From Sedimentisphaerales bacterium (GTDB lineage: Bacteria; Planctomycetota; Phycisphaerae; Sedimentisphaerales; SM23-30), in NCBI GenBank assembly GCA_963666285.1, contig OY762711.1: DNA of 64,000 bases. One strand, given 5' to 3'. This document shows, one piece after another, positions 20,344 through 30,038 of the stretch. The notes beneath the pieces were generated by a model. It saw only the letters and a program-made list of their open reading frames with translations. It was not told the origin of the DNA and ran no database searches. Every line of letters starts with the position of its first letter. Within the stretch, counting starts at the first letter, position 1. Position numbers and translations under genes: made by a program.

Positions 20344-20886
20344 ATGGCTAAACAGTTTGAAGACAACCGAGATGACAGGTACAAGCTATTTCTAAGGCTG
20401 TATCGTCAAAATGAAAACGGCATATACAGTTTCACCCTTAAGCTTCTGCCTAACTATTCGATTGCCGAAGAGATAATGCAGGAATCGCTGATGACAATGT
20501 GGGACAAGTTCGACAGTTTCCAGCAAGGCACAAATTTCTCAGCATGGGCAAAACAAATAGTAAAGTATAAAGTGATTCAATATCTCAGCAATAAGAACAA
20601 TAAATCTATAATATATCTGACAGCAGAGATGATAGAACAACTGGGACAGGATGAGCGGACAAGTTCATCATATGATACTTATTTTGAAGCATTACATAAT
20701 TGTGTAGATAAGCTTCAGGGTCGAAATAAGGAAATCATTCGTTTGCGTTATTATAAGAATTTTAAGGTAAAAGATATGGCTTCGATGTTAAACACGACAA
20801 GTAATGCCGTTTCAAAGCATATTGCAAGAATTCATGGTGCATTAAAAAAATGTATTAATCAGACGATTAATGCTTGTAGATTATAA
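20344..20886 (+). CDS. ECF sigma-70 factor (Rhodopirellula/Verrucomicrobium-type)
   Basis: AEEIMQE...MWDKFDSFQQGTNFSAWA, L..CVDKL...RY, RIHGALKKCI. Confidence 0.9.
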   Translation: MAKQFEDNRDDRYKLFLRLYRQNENGIYSFTLKLLPNYSIAEEIMQESLMTMWDKFDSFQQGTNFSAWAKQIVKYKVIQYLSNKNNKSIIYLTAEMIEQLGQDERTSSSYDTYFEALHNCVDKLQGRNKEIIRLRYYKNFKVKDMASMLNTTSNAVSKHIARIHGALKKCINQTINACRL

Positions 20887-20889
20887 AAT

Positions 20890-22551
20890 ATGGATAAACA
20901 CCTGGAAAATCAAATAGATGAATATGTATTTAAATCTCTGGAAGGGATAATAACAGAGAGTGAATGCCGAGAGTTGGAAGATATCCTGATATCTTCTCCG
21001 GAAGCGTTTTCATATTATTGTGATAGTATTGAGCTGAATCATGGATTATGTAAAATAAAGAATATGATAGAGGCAAAGCATGACACTTCTTCTCTGCTAG
21101 ATATGCTGGCCAGATTTGAAGAAAATGCACCTGAGGTAATACTGGAAAAGCCAGTTGAACCAGAAGTGCTAAAGAATGCAATAAATGAATCCGGATCGAC
21201 CAAGTTCACTAAAATAGTAAATCGGTTGATTACAGCAGCAGCATGCCTATTAATATTGTTTGTAGTTTATGCGAATGTATTTCCTCCCCGGTTGACAGAA
21301 GAAGTAGCTACTGTGGATGATCAATTAGGGGTTGAGTGGAGTGCATCATCTGCAAGGTTAAACAATGGGCAAAGAATATTAACTAATCAGTTGCCTTTCA
21401 GATTGGAAACAGGAATAATTCAACTCAGTTATGATGAAGGTGTCGATATTGTTATTGAAGGGCCTGCTGAATTTATAATTGAGAAAAAGGGAGTGGATTT
21501 ATCTTATGGCAGGTTGTATTCATATGTATCAGATATTGGTCACGGCTTTACCGTAGATACTCCCAACAATAGATTCATTGACCTTGGCACAGAGTTTGGT
21601 GTTTTTGTTGATCAAAGTGCAACTTCCGAACTTCATGTATTCACAGGTGAGGTACAGTATTATTCCGGTCAAAAAGGAGCAGCGAAAGCAAGTAAGACTA
21701 TCAAGGCTAATAATGCCAGAAGATTTGATGCTTTTTCCGGGCAAATAGAAAGCATTCCAGTTGCAAACCAATCATTTGTACGGCAGCTTAATTCGGCAGC
21801 CGGTATGGTATGGCGTGGCCAGAAATATCTTGATGTTACAAGTATTCTAGGCGGATTAGATGGATTTGAAATGGTTCAAGATGCTGTTGGTATAAACCCC
21901 TTAACAGGGATACTAGAAACGCGATTGTCCTATGAAAAGAAAACCATTGAAGGTAATAGGAAATATAATTTAGTATCAGCTTCTGCATTTGTTGATGGTG
22001 TTTTTGTGCCTGATGGCGGCAACGGAAAGATTACTGTTACTTCAACAGGTATTACATTCTTATGTCCAAATACAACAGGTAAATTTACCAATAATATTTG
22101 TGTATTCAAAGGAGATATTAACGAGATTGATAATACGATTTTGCCACCAGCATTAAATGGTAAGTCGAATAATAATACCACAGGGTCAGCAATGCTTATG
22201 CACAGTAATTGTGGGATTACTATTGATTTGCAGGCTATAAGAAAAACTATTCCAAAGTTAAAACTGGAAAGTTTTTCTGCCTTTGGAGGTATTTCTAAAG
22301 CCCCCGAGCAAGATGAAGGTGATATACGTGATGCAGGTTTTTGGGTGTTGGTTGATGGAGATATTCGTTATGAACAAAAAGAACTCAATTATGATAACAA
22401 CACAGTATCTTTCAATGTGAAATTGTCGGAGAAAGATCGATTTTTGACGTTAATAGTAACAGATGGACTAAGAGAGGATGATAAGAGAGATTATCCAACC
22501 GCAAATGATTTCTTCTACCTGATAAGTCCACAAATTAAGCTATATCCTTAA
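20890..22551 (+). CDS. FecR-like anti-sigma factor with C-terminal NPCBM-like domain
   Basis: N-terminal anti-sigma helix, TM (AAACLLILF), FecR motifs IEGPAEF, DLGTEFGV, HVFTGEV; MHSNCGITIDL...FLTLIVTDG. Confidence 0.85.
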   Translation: MDKHLENQIDEYVFKSLEGIITESECRELEDILISSPEAFSYYCDSIELNHGLCKIKNMIEAKHDTSSLLDMLARFEENAPEVILEKPVEPEVLKNAINESGSTKFTKIVNRLITAAACLLILFVVYANVFPPRLTEEVATVDDQLGVEWSASSARLNNGQRILTNQLPFRLETGIIQLSYDEGVDIVIEGPAEFIIEKKGVDLSYGRLYSYVSDIGHGFTVDTPNNRFIDLGTEFGVFVDQSATSELHVFTGEVQYYSGQKGAAKASKTIKANNARRFDAFSGQIESIPVANQSFVRQLNSAAGMVWRGQKYLDVTSILGGLDGFEMVQDAVGINPLTGILETRLSYEKKTIEGNRKYNLVSASAFVDGVFVPDGGNGKITVTSTGITFLCPNTTGKFTNNICVFKGDINEIDNTILPPALNGKSNNNTTGSAMLMHSNCGITIDLQAIRKTIPKLKLESFSAFGGISKAPEQDEGDIRDAGFWVLVDGDIRYEQKELNYDNNTVSFNVKLSEKDRFLTLIVTDGLREDDKRDYPTANDFFYLISPQIKLYP

Positions 22552-22677
22552 ATTCAGTAGTTAATGCATTAATATTTATCAGGGCTATTCATAATAAAGA
22601 ATTGTCTATGTGGGATGTGCGTATTCACATTTGTTAGTTTTTAATAATTTTAACTTTTTGATTATGGAGATTTGATT

Positions 22678-24810
22678 ATGAGAAAATTATTTTTGTTAGT
22701 GTTTATGTTGGCTGGTATCTGCTCCGCAAGCTGTTATGGAGCAACAGTATTGATAGATAGTTCAAAGGCTCAAAGTGGCAATCAGAGCGTTATAGACTTC
22801 TTTACTAATAACTTTGATGACGTGACAGTAATTTATGGCAATTATAATAACTGGGCAGATTCAGCAGTAGTAGATGCGATAGAAGCAGCAGATGTGCTGG
22901 TGATCGCTCGAGACAATAGCAGTAATAATTACGATGATACTGGGGATCAGGAATTTTACAGTGGCCTGGAAACACCTGTGATATCGCTAAGTTCCTATTT
23001 TTCGCGTGTCAGCAGACTTGGCTGGGGTGATGGCGATGTGACAAATTTCTCTACGGATGGTGACGAAGCAGTTGTGACCATCGAAGGTGCTGCAGTTTTT
23101 GGAGCAGCTGGCAGTTTTGACTGGTGGAACGCAAGTATAGATTTCTGGGGTGCAGGTACTGATACCAGTGTTGGAGATGGTTCTATTTTAGTTACAGATT
23201 CAGCCGGGAATAATATTGTTGTTGGCTGGAAAGCCGGAGATGAAATTGCAGTCGGTTTAGTTCAGAGCGGAAATCGTCTATTATTTAACCTGCCTACAGG
23301 AAATGGATTGCCCGATACAGATGCGGGATTACAAGCAATGATTAATGCAATAAAGCATTATACATTTCTTGGTAATATAGCATCTCCGGTACCAGGTAAT
23401 GATGATACTGGTGTTGCTCTTGATATTACTTTGCAGTGGGAAGGAGCTGAGGATAAGGATAATGCAGGGCAGCTAGATCCGGCAGTATTAAAGCATTATG
23501 TATATATAGACCTTGATAATACAGATGATGATCCTAACCTGTATCTGGCTGGAGAGATTGTTGTAAGCGACTGGGCTACTCGTAATGCTGCTTATGGTCC
23601 ATTGTCGTTAAGTTACGATCAAGGTGTAAGCTGGCGGATAGAAGAAGGTTTAGATGATGGACAAGGAAGTGCATATGCAGCTGGTGATTCACATAATTTA
23701 ATGGGGCCAGTCTGGTCATTTACTGCTATTGCCAGCGTGCCTGAATTTGAACTTCAGCCACAGAATACCTACTTCAATACTGGTGATTCGGAAGTATCTT
23801 TAAATCTGATAGCAACAACCCCGTTTACCCCATTGTCTTATCAATGGAATAAAGATGGTTCGGTTATTTCAGATGGCGCTGACTACTCAGGGACACAGAG
23901 TGATACATTAGTAGTTCTGAATCCTGAACTTGCCGATGAAGGAGGATATTATTGCACTGTTACAGGTAATAATGGCGGAATTGCAGATTCAGCTACTGTT
24001 AGCATAAAACTGCGTCGAGTATTAGCCTGGTATCAGTTTGAGCAGGATGTGAATGATTCTGTCGGTACAAATGACGGTACTTTTGTTGGTGGAGACTTTG
24101 TGTACAGTGAAGGTATGTCAGAAATAAGCGATCAGAACTATGCAGTCGATCCAAACACATCTAATTATGCCTTGCTGTCGGTTGACGCTTATCCTAAAGC
24201 AGGTTTTGGAAATGCTATCGAAGAAGGTTCAATTGCCTTTTGGGTTAAAACTGATTCTACATCCGAACAAATGCTTTTAGGGTCATTTAACGATGATTCT
24301 ACTACAGGTTTCCAGATTATTTCATCATCAGGAAATATTAGTATATATCTTCGTGATAGTGATGCTGTGAGTATATCTGTCGCAGGTGATACTATTGTGA
24401 ATGATGGTGAGTGGCATTATGCCGTAGTTGTTTATCAGGGAGATAGTGGTTCAGGAAACAGTTTTGCATCTATATATATTGATGGCGAGTTAAGTGGTTC
24501 GATAACTGGTGCTGTAATGGACAACTTTGAAGCCTGGCAGTATCCTATGGTACTACTTGCTCGTAACAATAGAGGTACTGTCGACAAACAATTTGGCGGA
24601 ATGCTTGATGATTTGAAAATCTACAACTATCTGTTAAGTTCCGAAGATGTTGCAGAATTGTTCTATAATGTAACAGGTCAGCAAAGCTGTATAGTGGCAA
24701 ACTATGTTTCTGATCTAGACTTCAATAATGATTGTAATGTTGATTTAGAAGATTTTGCAAATATTGCATCTGCATGGCTGAGCAGTGGTTTATATCCAGT
24801 TTTACCATAG
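22678..24810 (+). CDS. Secreted multidomain protein: Ig-like + LamG/concanavalin-like + dockerin-like C-terminus
   Basis: Signal peptide; YQWNKDG...DEGGYYCTV (Ig); SIAFWVK, DGEWHY, YIDGE, LDDLKIYN (LamG); DFNNDCNVDLEDFA...WL. Confidence 0.85.
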   Translation: MRKLFLLVFMLAGICSASCYGATVLIDSSKAQSGNQSVIDFFTNNFDDVTVIYGNYNNWADSAVVDAIEAADVLVIARDNSSNNYDDTGDQEFYSGLETPVISLSSYFSRVSRLGWGDGDVTNFSTDGDEAVVTIEGAAVFGAAGSFDWWNASIDFWGAGTDTSVGDGSILVTDSAGNNIVVGWKAGDEIAVGLVQSGNRLLFNLPTGNGLPDTDAGLQAMINAIKHYTFLGNIASPVPGNDDTGVALDITLQWEGAEDKDNAGQLDPAVLKHYVYIDLDNTDDDPNLYLAGEIVVSDWATRNAAYGPLSLSYDQGVSWRIEEGLDDGQGSAYAAGDSHNLMGPVWSFTAIASVPEFELQPQNTYFNTGDSEVSLNLIATTPFTPLSYQWNKDGSVISDGADYSGTQSDTLVVLNPELADEGGYYCTVTGNNGGIADSATVSIKLRRVLAWYQFEQDVNDSVGTNDGTFVGGDFVYSEGMSEISDQNYAVDPNTSNYALLSVDAYPKAGFGNAIEEGSIAFWVKTDSTSEQMLLGSFNDDSTTGFQIISSSGNISIYLRDSDAVSISVAGDTIVNDGEWHYAVVVYQGDSGSGNSFASIYIDGELSGSITGAVMDNFEAWQYPMVLLARNNRGTVDKQFGGMLDDLKIYNYLLSSEDVAELFYNVTGQQSCIVANYVSDLDFNNDCNVDLEDFANIASAWLSSGLYPVLP

Positions 24811-24836
24811 CAGCATAAATAATATGTTAAACCTTG

Positions 24837-24870
24837 AACCTGGGGGAGATTATCTCCTTCAGGTTTTTTT
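24837..24870 (+). terminator. Rho-independent terminator
   Basis: aacctgggggagat/atctccttcaggtt stem + T7. Confidence 0.8.
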
Positions 24871-25361
24871 CTAGATGAAGTGAATATGAAACTTATTAGT
24901 AATAAGAATAGATATGTTTTAGAATTGGTAATGACCTTCATTATGAAGGGGGGGAGGGAAAGTAATTGTTGCTTCCCCCTTTCATATTTTTTGTATTGCT
25001 CCAAAATCTTCATTATTGATTGGCAGATGTGCTAATTGATAATGACTTCCTTTAAGAAACGGGGGGAGGAAATATTATGTTTTCTTCCCCCTTTTTAGTA
25101 TTTGTTTATTATTCTAATAGAGTTTAGCACTCTTATTCAATGTAAGATATATATTTAAGGAAAGTGATAGTGCGGTTTCGCACTTTTGACTGTTCAACAT
25201 TACACGCAAAGGCCAGAACAGGGCCTTGTGAATGAGAAACTTTATATTTAAATGTATTTCCGAGCTAATTCTCGAAAGTATATTTAACTCAAAGCGTTGC
25301 AGGAAGGCCCTTTTAGGCGATTTTTGCAACTTGAAAACTGCGAAAGGAAAATGATATAGAA

Positions 25362-26793
25362 ATGATGAATATTGTAAGGTTATTGTATGTTATAATAGTA
25401 TGTTGTTTGTCATTAAATGCATATGCCGAGGGAAACAGTAAGTCTATCAACAGCGGAGTTTCCTGGTTTGATCAGAACAACAATGAAGTAAACGCTCATG
25501 GTGGATGCATTGTTAAAGAGGGCGATAAATATTATCTTTTTGGCGAATATAAATCTGATACAGCTAATCTGTTTTCAGGATTTAGCTGTTATTCTTCGTT
25601 GGATCTGGTTAACTGGAAATTTGAAAATATTGTACTTCCGATGCAAAAGGAAGGTTTATTAGGGCCGAACCGTATTGGTGAGCGTGTAAAAGTGATGAAA
25701 TGTCCGCAAACCGGTGAGTTTGTGATGTATATGCATACAGATGACAGCAAGTATAAAGATCCTCATGTTGGTTACGCTACCAGTGATACAATTGATGGCG
25801 ACTATGTGTTTCATGGACCTGTTTTATATGAAGGTAAGCCAATTCGCAAATGGGATATAGGGACATTTCAGGACACTGACGGCAAAGGATATTTATTGAT
25901 TCATCATGGTATTATTTACGAGCTGGCTTCGGATTATAAAACTATAAAGCGTCTTGTTGTTTCCAGGCAAAAATCAGGCGAATCACCTGCGATGTTTAAG
26001 AGTAATGGGGTATATTTCTGGTTGAGTTCAAACCTTACCAGTTGGGAACGAAACGATAATTATTACTTGACGGCAACATCGTTGGAAGGTCCTTGGACAA
26101 GAAAAGGGTTCTTTGCACCAGAAGGAACATTGACGTGGAATTCTCAATGTTCATTTGTTTTTCCAGTATCAAATGGACAAGATACCATATTTATGTATAT
26201 GGGAGATCGCTGGTCATATCCCAAGCAGGGTTCGGCGGCAACGTATGTCTGGCAGCCTATATCTGTTGATGGCCCTAATATGAGTATTCCTGATTATGTA
26301 GAGAGCTGGCAGATAGATTTTTCTAATTTCAAATGGAATGCTGTTCACTCTGAAAAGAAGATAATAAAGCCAGCCTCAATACAAGGAAATTGGCATAGGA
26401 GAACCGGAGCAATAGCTTCAAATGAAAGAGGAGCGATAGCTGCTTATATTTAATGGCGGCCGTATTGGGTTTAATGCTTTGTCAAATACTACTAGTGGAT
26501 ATGCCAAGGTAATTATTACTAATAGTGAAAATGAAGAGTTTGTTAATACAATTGTTGATTTTTATAGTAAATATGAATGTATATCACAGAAATTCATTAG
26601 TCCAAAAATGGAAAAAGATGTTTATAAAATGACTATTGAAGTACAAGGAGAGCACGGTCAATGGAGTGATAAAAAGAAAAATCAATACGGCAGTGTTGAT
26701 GATTATGTTTATATTGTAGATGTATTTGTTGTTGATGAGATGCTTTCAGACGTTTCAGGAGATAATAATAATCCTGTTCTTAAAGGTTATTAG
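25362..26793 (+). pseudogene. GH43 glycoside hydrolase with C-terminal carbohydrate-binding-like domain, split by a frameshift near 26448
   Basis: NAHGG, YYLFGE, ERVKV, ESPAMFK, YMGDRW in ORF 25362-26453; the +1 frame continues FNGGRIGFNALSNTTSGYAKV...VDFYS to 26793. Confidence 0.75.
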
Positions 26794-27035
26794 AGGCTGT
26801 TGAATGCAAGTGTTGGGTGTGGGGCAGGGGAGTGTTTTGTCGCCTGTAAGGTATTGGTAGTAAAATAGTTACGTTTGCAGAGGGTTGGGGGAGTGCAGAA
26901 ATCGTAATTTTTTAATGATAGAATGGGTAAAAACTGGTATACTGGCTGGCTTATTAAACTTATGCCTAGGGTAAAGTTATATGCCATGGGTTTGTTGAAA
27001 TAACTATTTTTTTCCATACTGGAGGTAAATATAGT

Positions 27036-28118
27036 ATGAGTAGAAGCTATAACATAGCGGTGATTCCCGGTGATGGTACCGGTCCTGAGGTAACGGCCGA
27101 GGCTGTAAAGGTAATGGATGCGGCGGCGGCGAAGTTCGGTTTCAAAACAGAAAAGACTGAGTTTGATTTTGGCGGCGAACGTTATATGAGAACCGGCGAG
27201 ACTTTGACCGATAGTGCGATCGAAGATCTACGTAAATTCGATAATATTCTGCTGGGTGCGATTGGTCATCCTGATGTTAAGCCTGGTATCCTGGAGAAGG
27301 GTATTTTGCTGAAGGCTCGTTTTGAGCTGGATCAGTATATCAACCTTCGTCCGATCAAGCTGTTTCCGGGTGTTGAGTGTCCGCTGAAGGATAAAGGCCC
27401 GGAACATATCGACTATGTTGTAGTTCGTGAGAATACCGGTGACCAGTATACAGGTGCCGGCGGATTTACGCTGAAGGGTACGCCAAACGAAGTTGCGGTG
27501 CAGACCGCGGTGTATAACCGATTCCAGTGTGACCGGGCGTTGAAGTTTGCATTTGAATATGCCCGCAAGTATGGTAAAAAGGCTCGCGGTGTGGGTGAAG
27601 AAAACACACTTGGCCTGGTCGGTAAGACCAATGTTTTGACCTATGTTTACGATCTGTGGGAAAGGGCGTTCCATGAGATGGGTGACGCGGAATATCCTGA
27701 TATTCGTCGTGACTATTATCATGTAGACGCGGCATGTATGTGGATGGTGAAGAGCCCTGAATGGTTTGATATACTAGTTACCGGCAATATGTTCGGTGAT
27801 ATTATTACCGACCTGGGTGCGATTACACAGGGTGGTATGGGTATTGCCGCCGGTGGTAATATTAATCCAGAAGGTGTGAGCATGTTCGAGCCGATCGGTG
27901 GTTCTGCTCCTAAATATACCGGACAGAATGTTATTAACCCGCTGGCCGCTATTGGTGCCGCGGCGATGATGCTGCGTGACCTGGGCGAAGAAGAAGCTGC
28001 TGATAAGATTGAAGATGCTATTAAGGTAGTAACCTCTACCAAGCTGAAATCGCTGGCAGCCGGTCGTATGGGCTATACAACATCAGAGGTTGGCGATCTG
28101 GTTGCTAGCCTGCTGTAA
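27036..28118 (+). CDS. leuB: 3-isopropylmalate dehydrogenase
   Basis: IPGDGTGPEV, NLRP, RENT, NMFGDIITD, FEPIGGSAP; GGAGG SD. Confidence 0.9.
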   Translation: MSRSYNIAVIPGDGTGPEVTAEAVKVMDAAAAKFGFKTEKTEFDFGGERYMRTGETLTDSAIEDLRKFDNILLGAIGHPDVKPGILEKGILLKARFELDQYINLRPIKLFPGVECPLKDKGPEHIDYVVVRENTGDQYTGAGGFTLKGTPNEVAVQTAVYNRFQCDRALKFAFEYARKYGKKARGVGEENTLGLVGKTNVLTYVYDLWERAFHEMGDAEYPDIRRDYYHVDAACMWMVKSPEWFDILVTGNMFGDIITDLGAITQGGMGIAAGGNINPEGVSMFEPIGGSAPKYTGQNVINPLAAIGAAAMMLRDLGEEEAADKIEDAIKVVTSTKLKSLAAGRMGYTTSEVGDLVASLL

Positions 28119-28240
28119 CAGGCCTCGCCTGCACCAGACCGGACTTGGGCAAGCTGAGCCCGGCGACGAATAGAGATAGGCTTGACAAAGGAACAAACCA
28201 TACTGGTTTGTCGAAAGTCTTGACATATTGAATATATAAT

Positions 28241-28272
28241 AAGGCTCGTTCAGAAATGGACGGGCCTTTTTT
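28241..28272 (+). terminator. Rho-independent terminator between convergent genes
   Basis: aaggctcgttc/ggacgggcctt + T-tract. Confidence 0.7.
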
Positions 28273-28370
28273 GCAAGGCAGAGCCTGCCTTTGATATGTC
28301 TCAGGGAAGCTGCTTTGGAGATGAGTTTAGAAAAGAATGATCGGGTACACGTTTTTTATAAAACATCATT

Positions 28371-29585
28371 TTACTCAGTAGTTTGTATTTCTCCGATGTC
28401 TTGTTTCTTGAGTTTTTCTATCTCTTTTTTTATTTGCTCTTTTGTAAATTTCATTTCAGACAACAATTTTGTAAAATCCCTTATCGTTGGTTCATATTGA
28501 GGGTGTTGAATATTATTAGATCTGGAATAGTTTTCAAGGATTGAAAGTGTCTTTTCAAAATATTCTTTAGCTTGAGTTAGTTTGTTTGTTTTCCAGTACA
28601 ATAATGCTAAATTGTTGCAATCCCTGGCAATATTAGTGTGAAATTTGTCAAAGTATTTATAGTCGATATCAAGAGCTTTTAGATGCATTTGTTCGGCTTT
28701 GCTATAATTGCCTTTTAAATTGTATATTAAGCCAAGATTGTTATATGTTGATGCCATATCAGGGTGACCATCTTTGTAAGATTCTTTGAAGATTTCAAGA
28801 GCCTGTATGTAATTAGTTTCAGCTTCTTCTATTCTGTATGTTTCCCTATATAGTTCGCCAAGATTGTTATAGGTTACAGCTGTTTGAAGTGTTGAATTGT
28901 TTTCTAGTATTGCCAATGCTTTAATGTAATATTCTTCAGCTATTTTCGGACGATTAGTTTGTCTGTGTAGCTCAGCCATATTTGTATAAGTTGTTGCAAC
29001 CCATGGATGGTTTTCGCTAAGATTTTTAATGTAAATATCAAGGGCTTGTCTATATAGCGGTTCGGCTTTAATAGGTCTATTGGTTTTTCTATACAATTCA
29101 GCTAGATTATTGCATGTGGTAGCATAGTCCTGGTGCTGTTTACCTATTGTTTTTTCTCTAATTTCCTTTGCCCGTATGAAATTTTGTTCGGCCTTATCCA
29201 TATTGTCAGTAGTCATGTATAGTTGGCCGAGATTGTCAAGTATGCAAGCTACATCTTGATGTTCGTTACCGAGTTTAGCTGTTTTTAAGTTTAAAACTTT
29301 TGTCATAGCGGGCTCGGCTTTATCATATCTGCCGATTTTAAAATAGGCACAACTAAGGTGCTCAAGGTATGTGACTTCATGTTCTTTATCATCTTTAGAA
29401 ATATTATCGATTGCGGATTCGAAGATTTTTATGACTGTTTCGATGTCATTGTTATTTTCTGCTATAGCGGCTTTGTCCATTATTTGTTTAAATTTAACAT
29501 TTTCTTCAGTACAACCTGTTAAATTCAGTGCTGATACAATGAGAAAAGACAGAGTGAACAGCCTTATATTACAATATTTAACCAT
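28371..29585 (-). CDS. TPR lipoprotein (kinesin-light-chain-type 42-aa repeats)
   Basis: Lipobox LTGC; repeated HP.VA...NNLA.LY...G.Y..AE. Confidence 0.9.
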   Translation of the reverse strand: MVKYCNIRLFTLSFLIVSALNLTGCTEENVKFKQIMDKAAIAENNNDIETVIKIFESAIDNISKDDKEHEVTYLEHLSCAYFKIGRYDKAEPAMTKVLNLKTAKLGNEHQDVACILDNLGQLYMTTDNMDKAEQNFIRAKEIREKTIGKQHQDYATTCNNLAELYRKTNRPIKAEPLYRQALDIYIKNLSENHPWVATTYTNMAELHRQTNRPKIAEEYYIKALAILENNSTLQTAVTYNNLGELYRETYRIEEAETNYIQALEIFKESYKDGHPDMASTYNNLGLIYNLKGNYSKAEQMHLKALDIDYKYFDKFHTNIARDCNNLALLYWKTNKLTQAKEYFEKTLSILENYSRSNNIQHPQYEPTIRDFTKLLSEMKFTKEQIKKEIEKLKKQDIGEIQTTE

Positions 29586-29847
29586 ATTATACCCTTAATA
29601 TGTAATTACATGATTGCATTGTGCAGGCAATCTCGGAAGATTTCATTATAAAATGGATTTCTTTGCTTGCAGGTTACAAGTGTGAAGAAAAGACATCTCC
29701 CTTTGTATCGCCGATAATTTGACATACGGGTATTTTATTGATAATGGAAGTGAAATCAAGGATTGATTTATAAAATACCATTCCTTAAATGTGTGGTACA
29801 GCGTAAAGAAACAGCAGATATCATTATATCGTATCCAACAAAATTTG

Positions 29848-29942
29848 AAGATTTTCCATTAAAAATCCTGTTTTGATAAGATTCAAACCAAAACCAGCCT
29901 GTATTGTAATATCTATGTGCTTATAGTCAAGATGTATGTAAA
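29848..29942. repeat. 95-bp direct repeat, copy 1
   Basis: Identical to 31926-32021 except one A in a homopolymer. Confidence 0.95.
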
Positions 29943-30038
29943 GCTTTCTTGACATATTACCAATCATTTATTATAAGTAATACAACAGATTTTTAACCGA
30001 AAAACATATTTTCATCAAGCCTGAAGGGAGCAGAAGGT

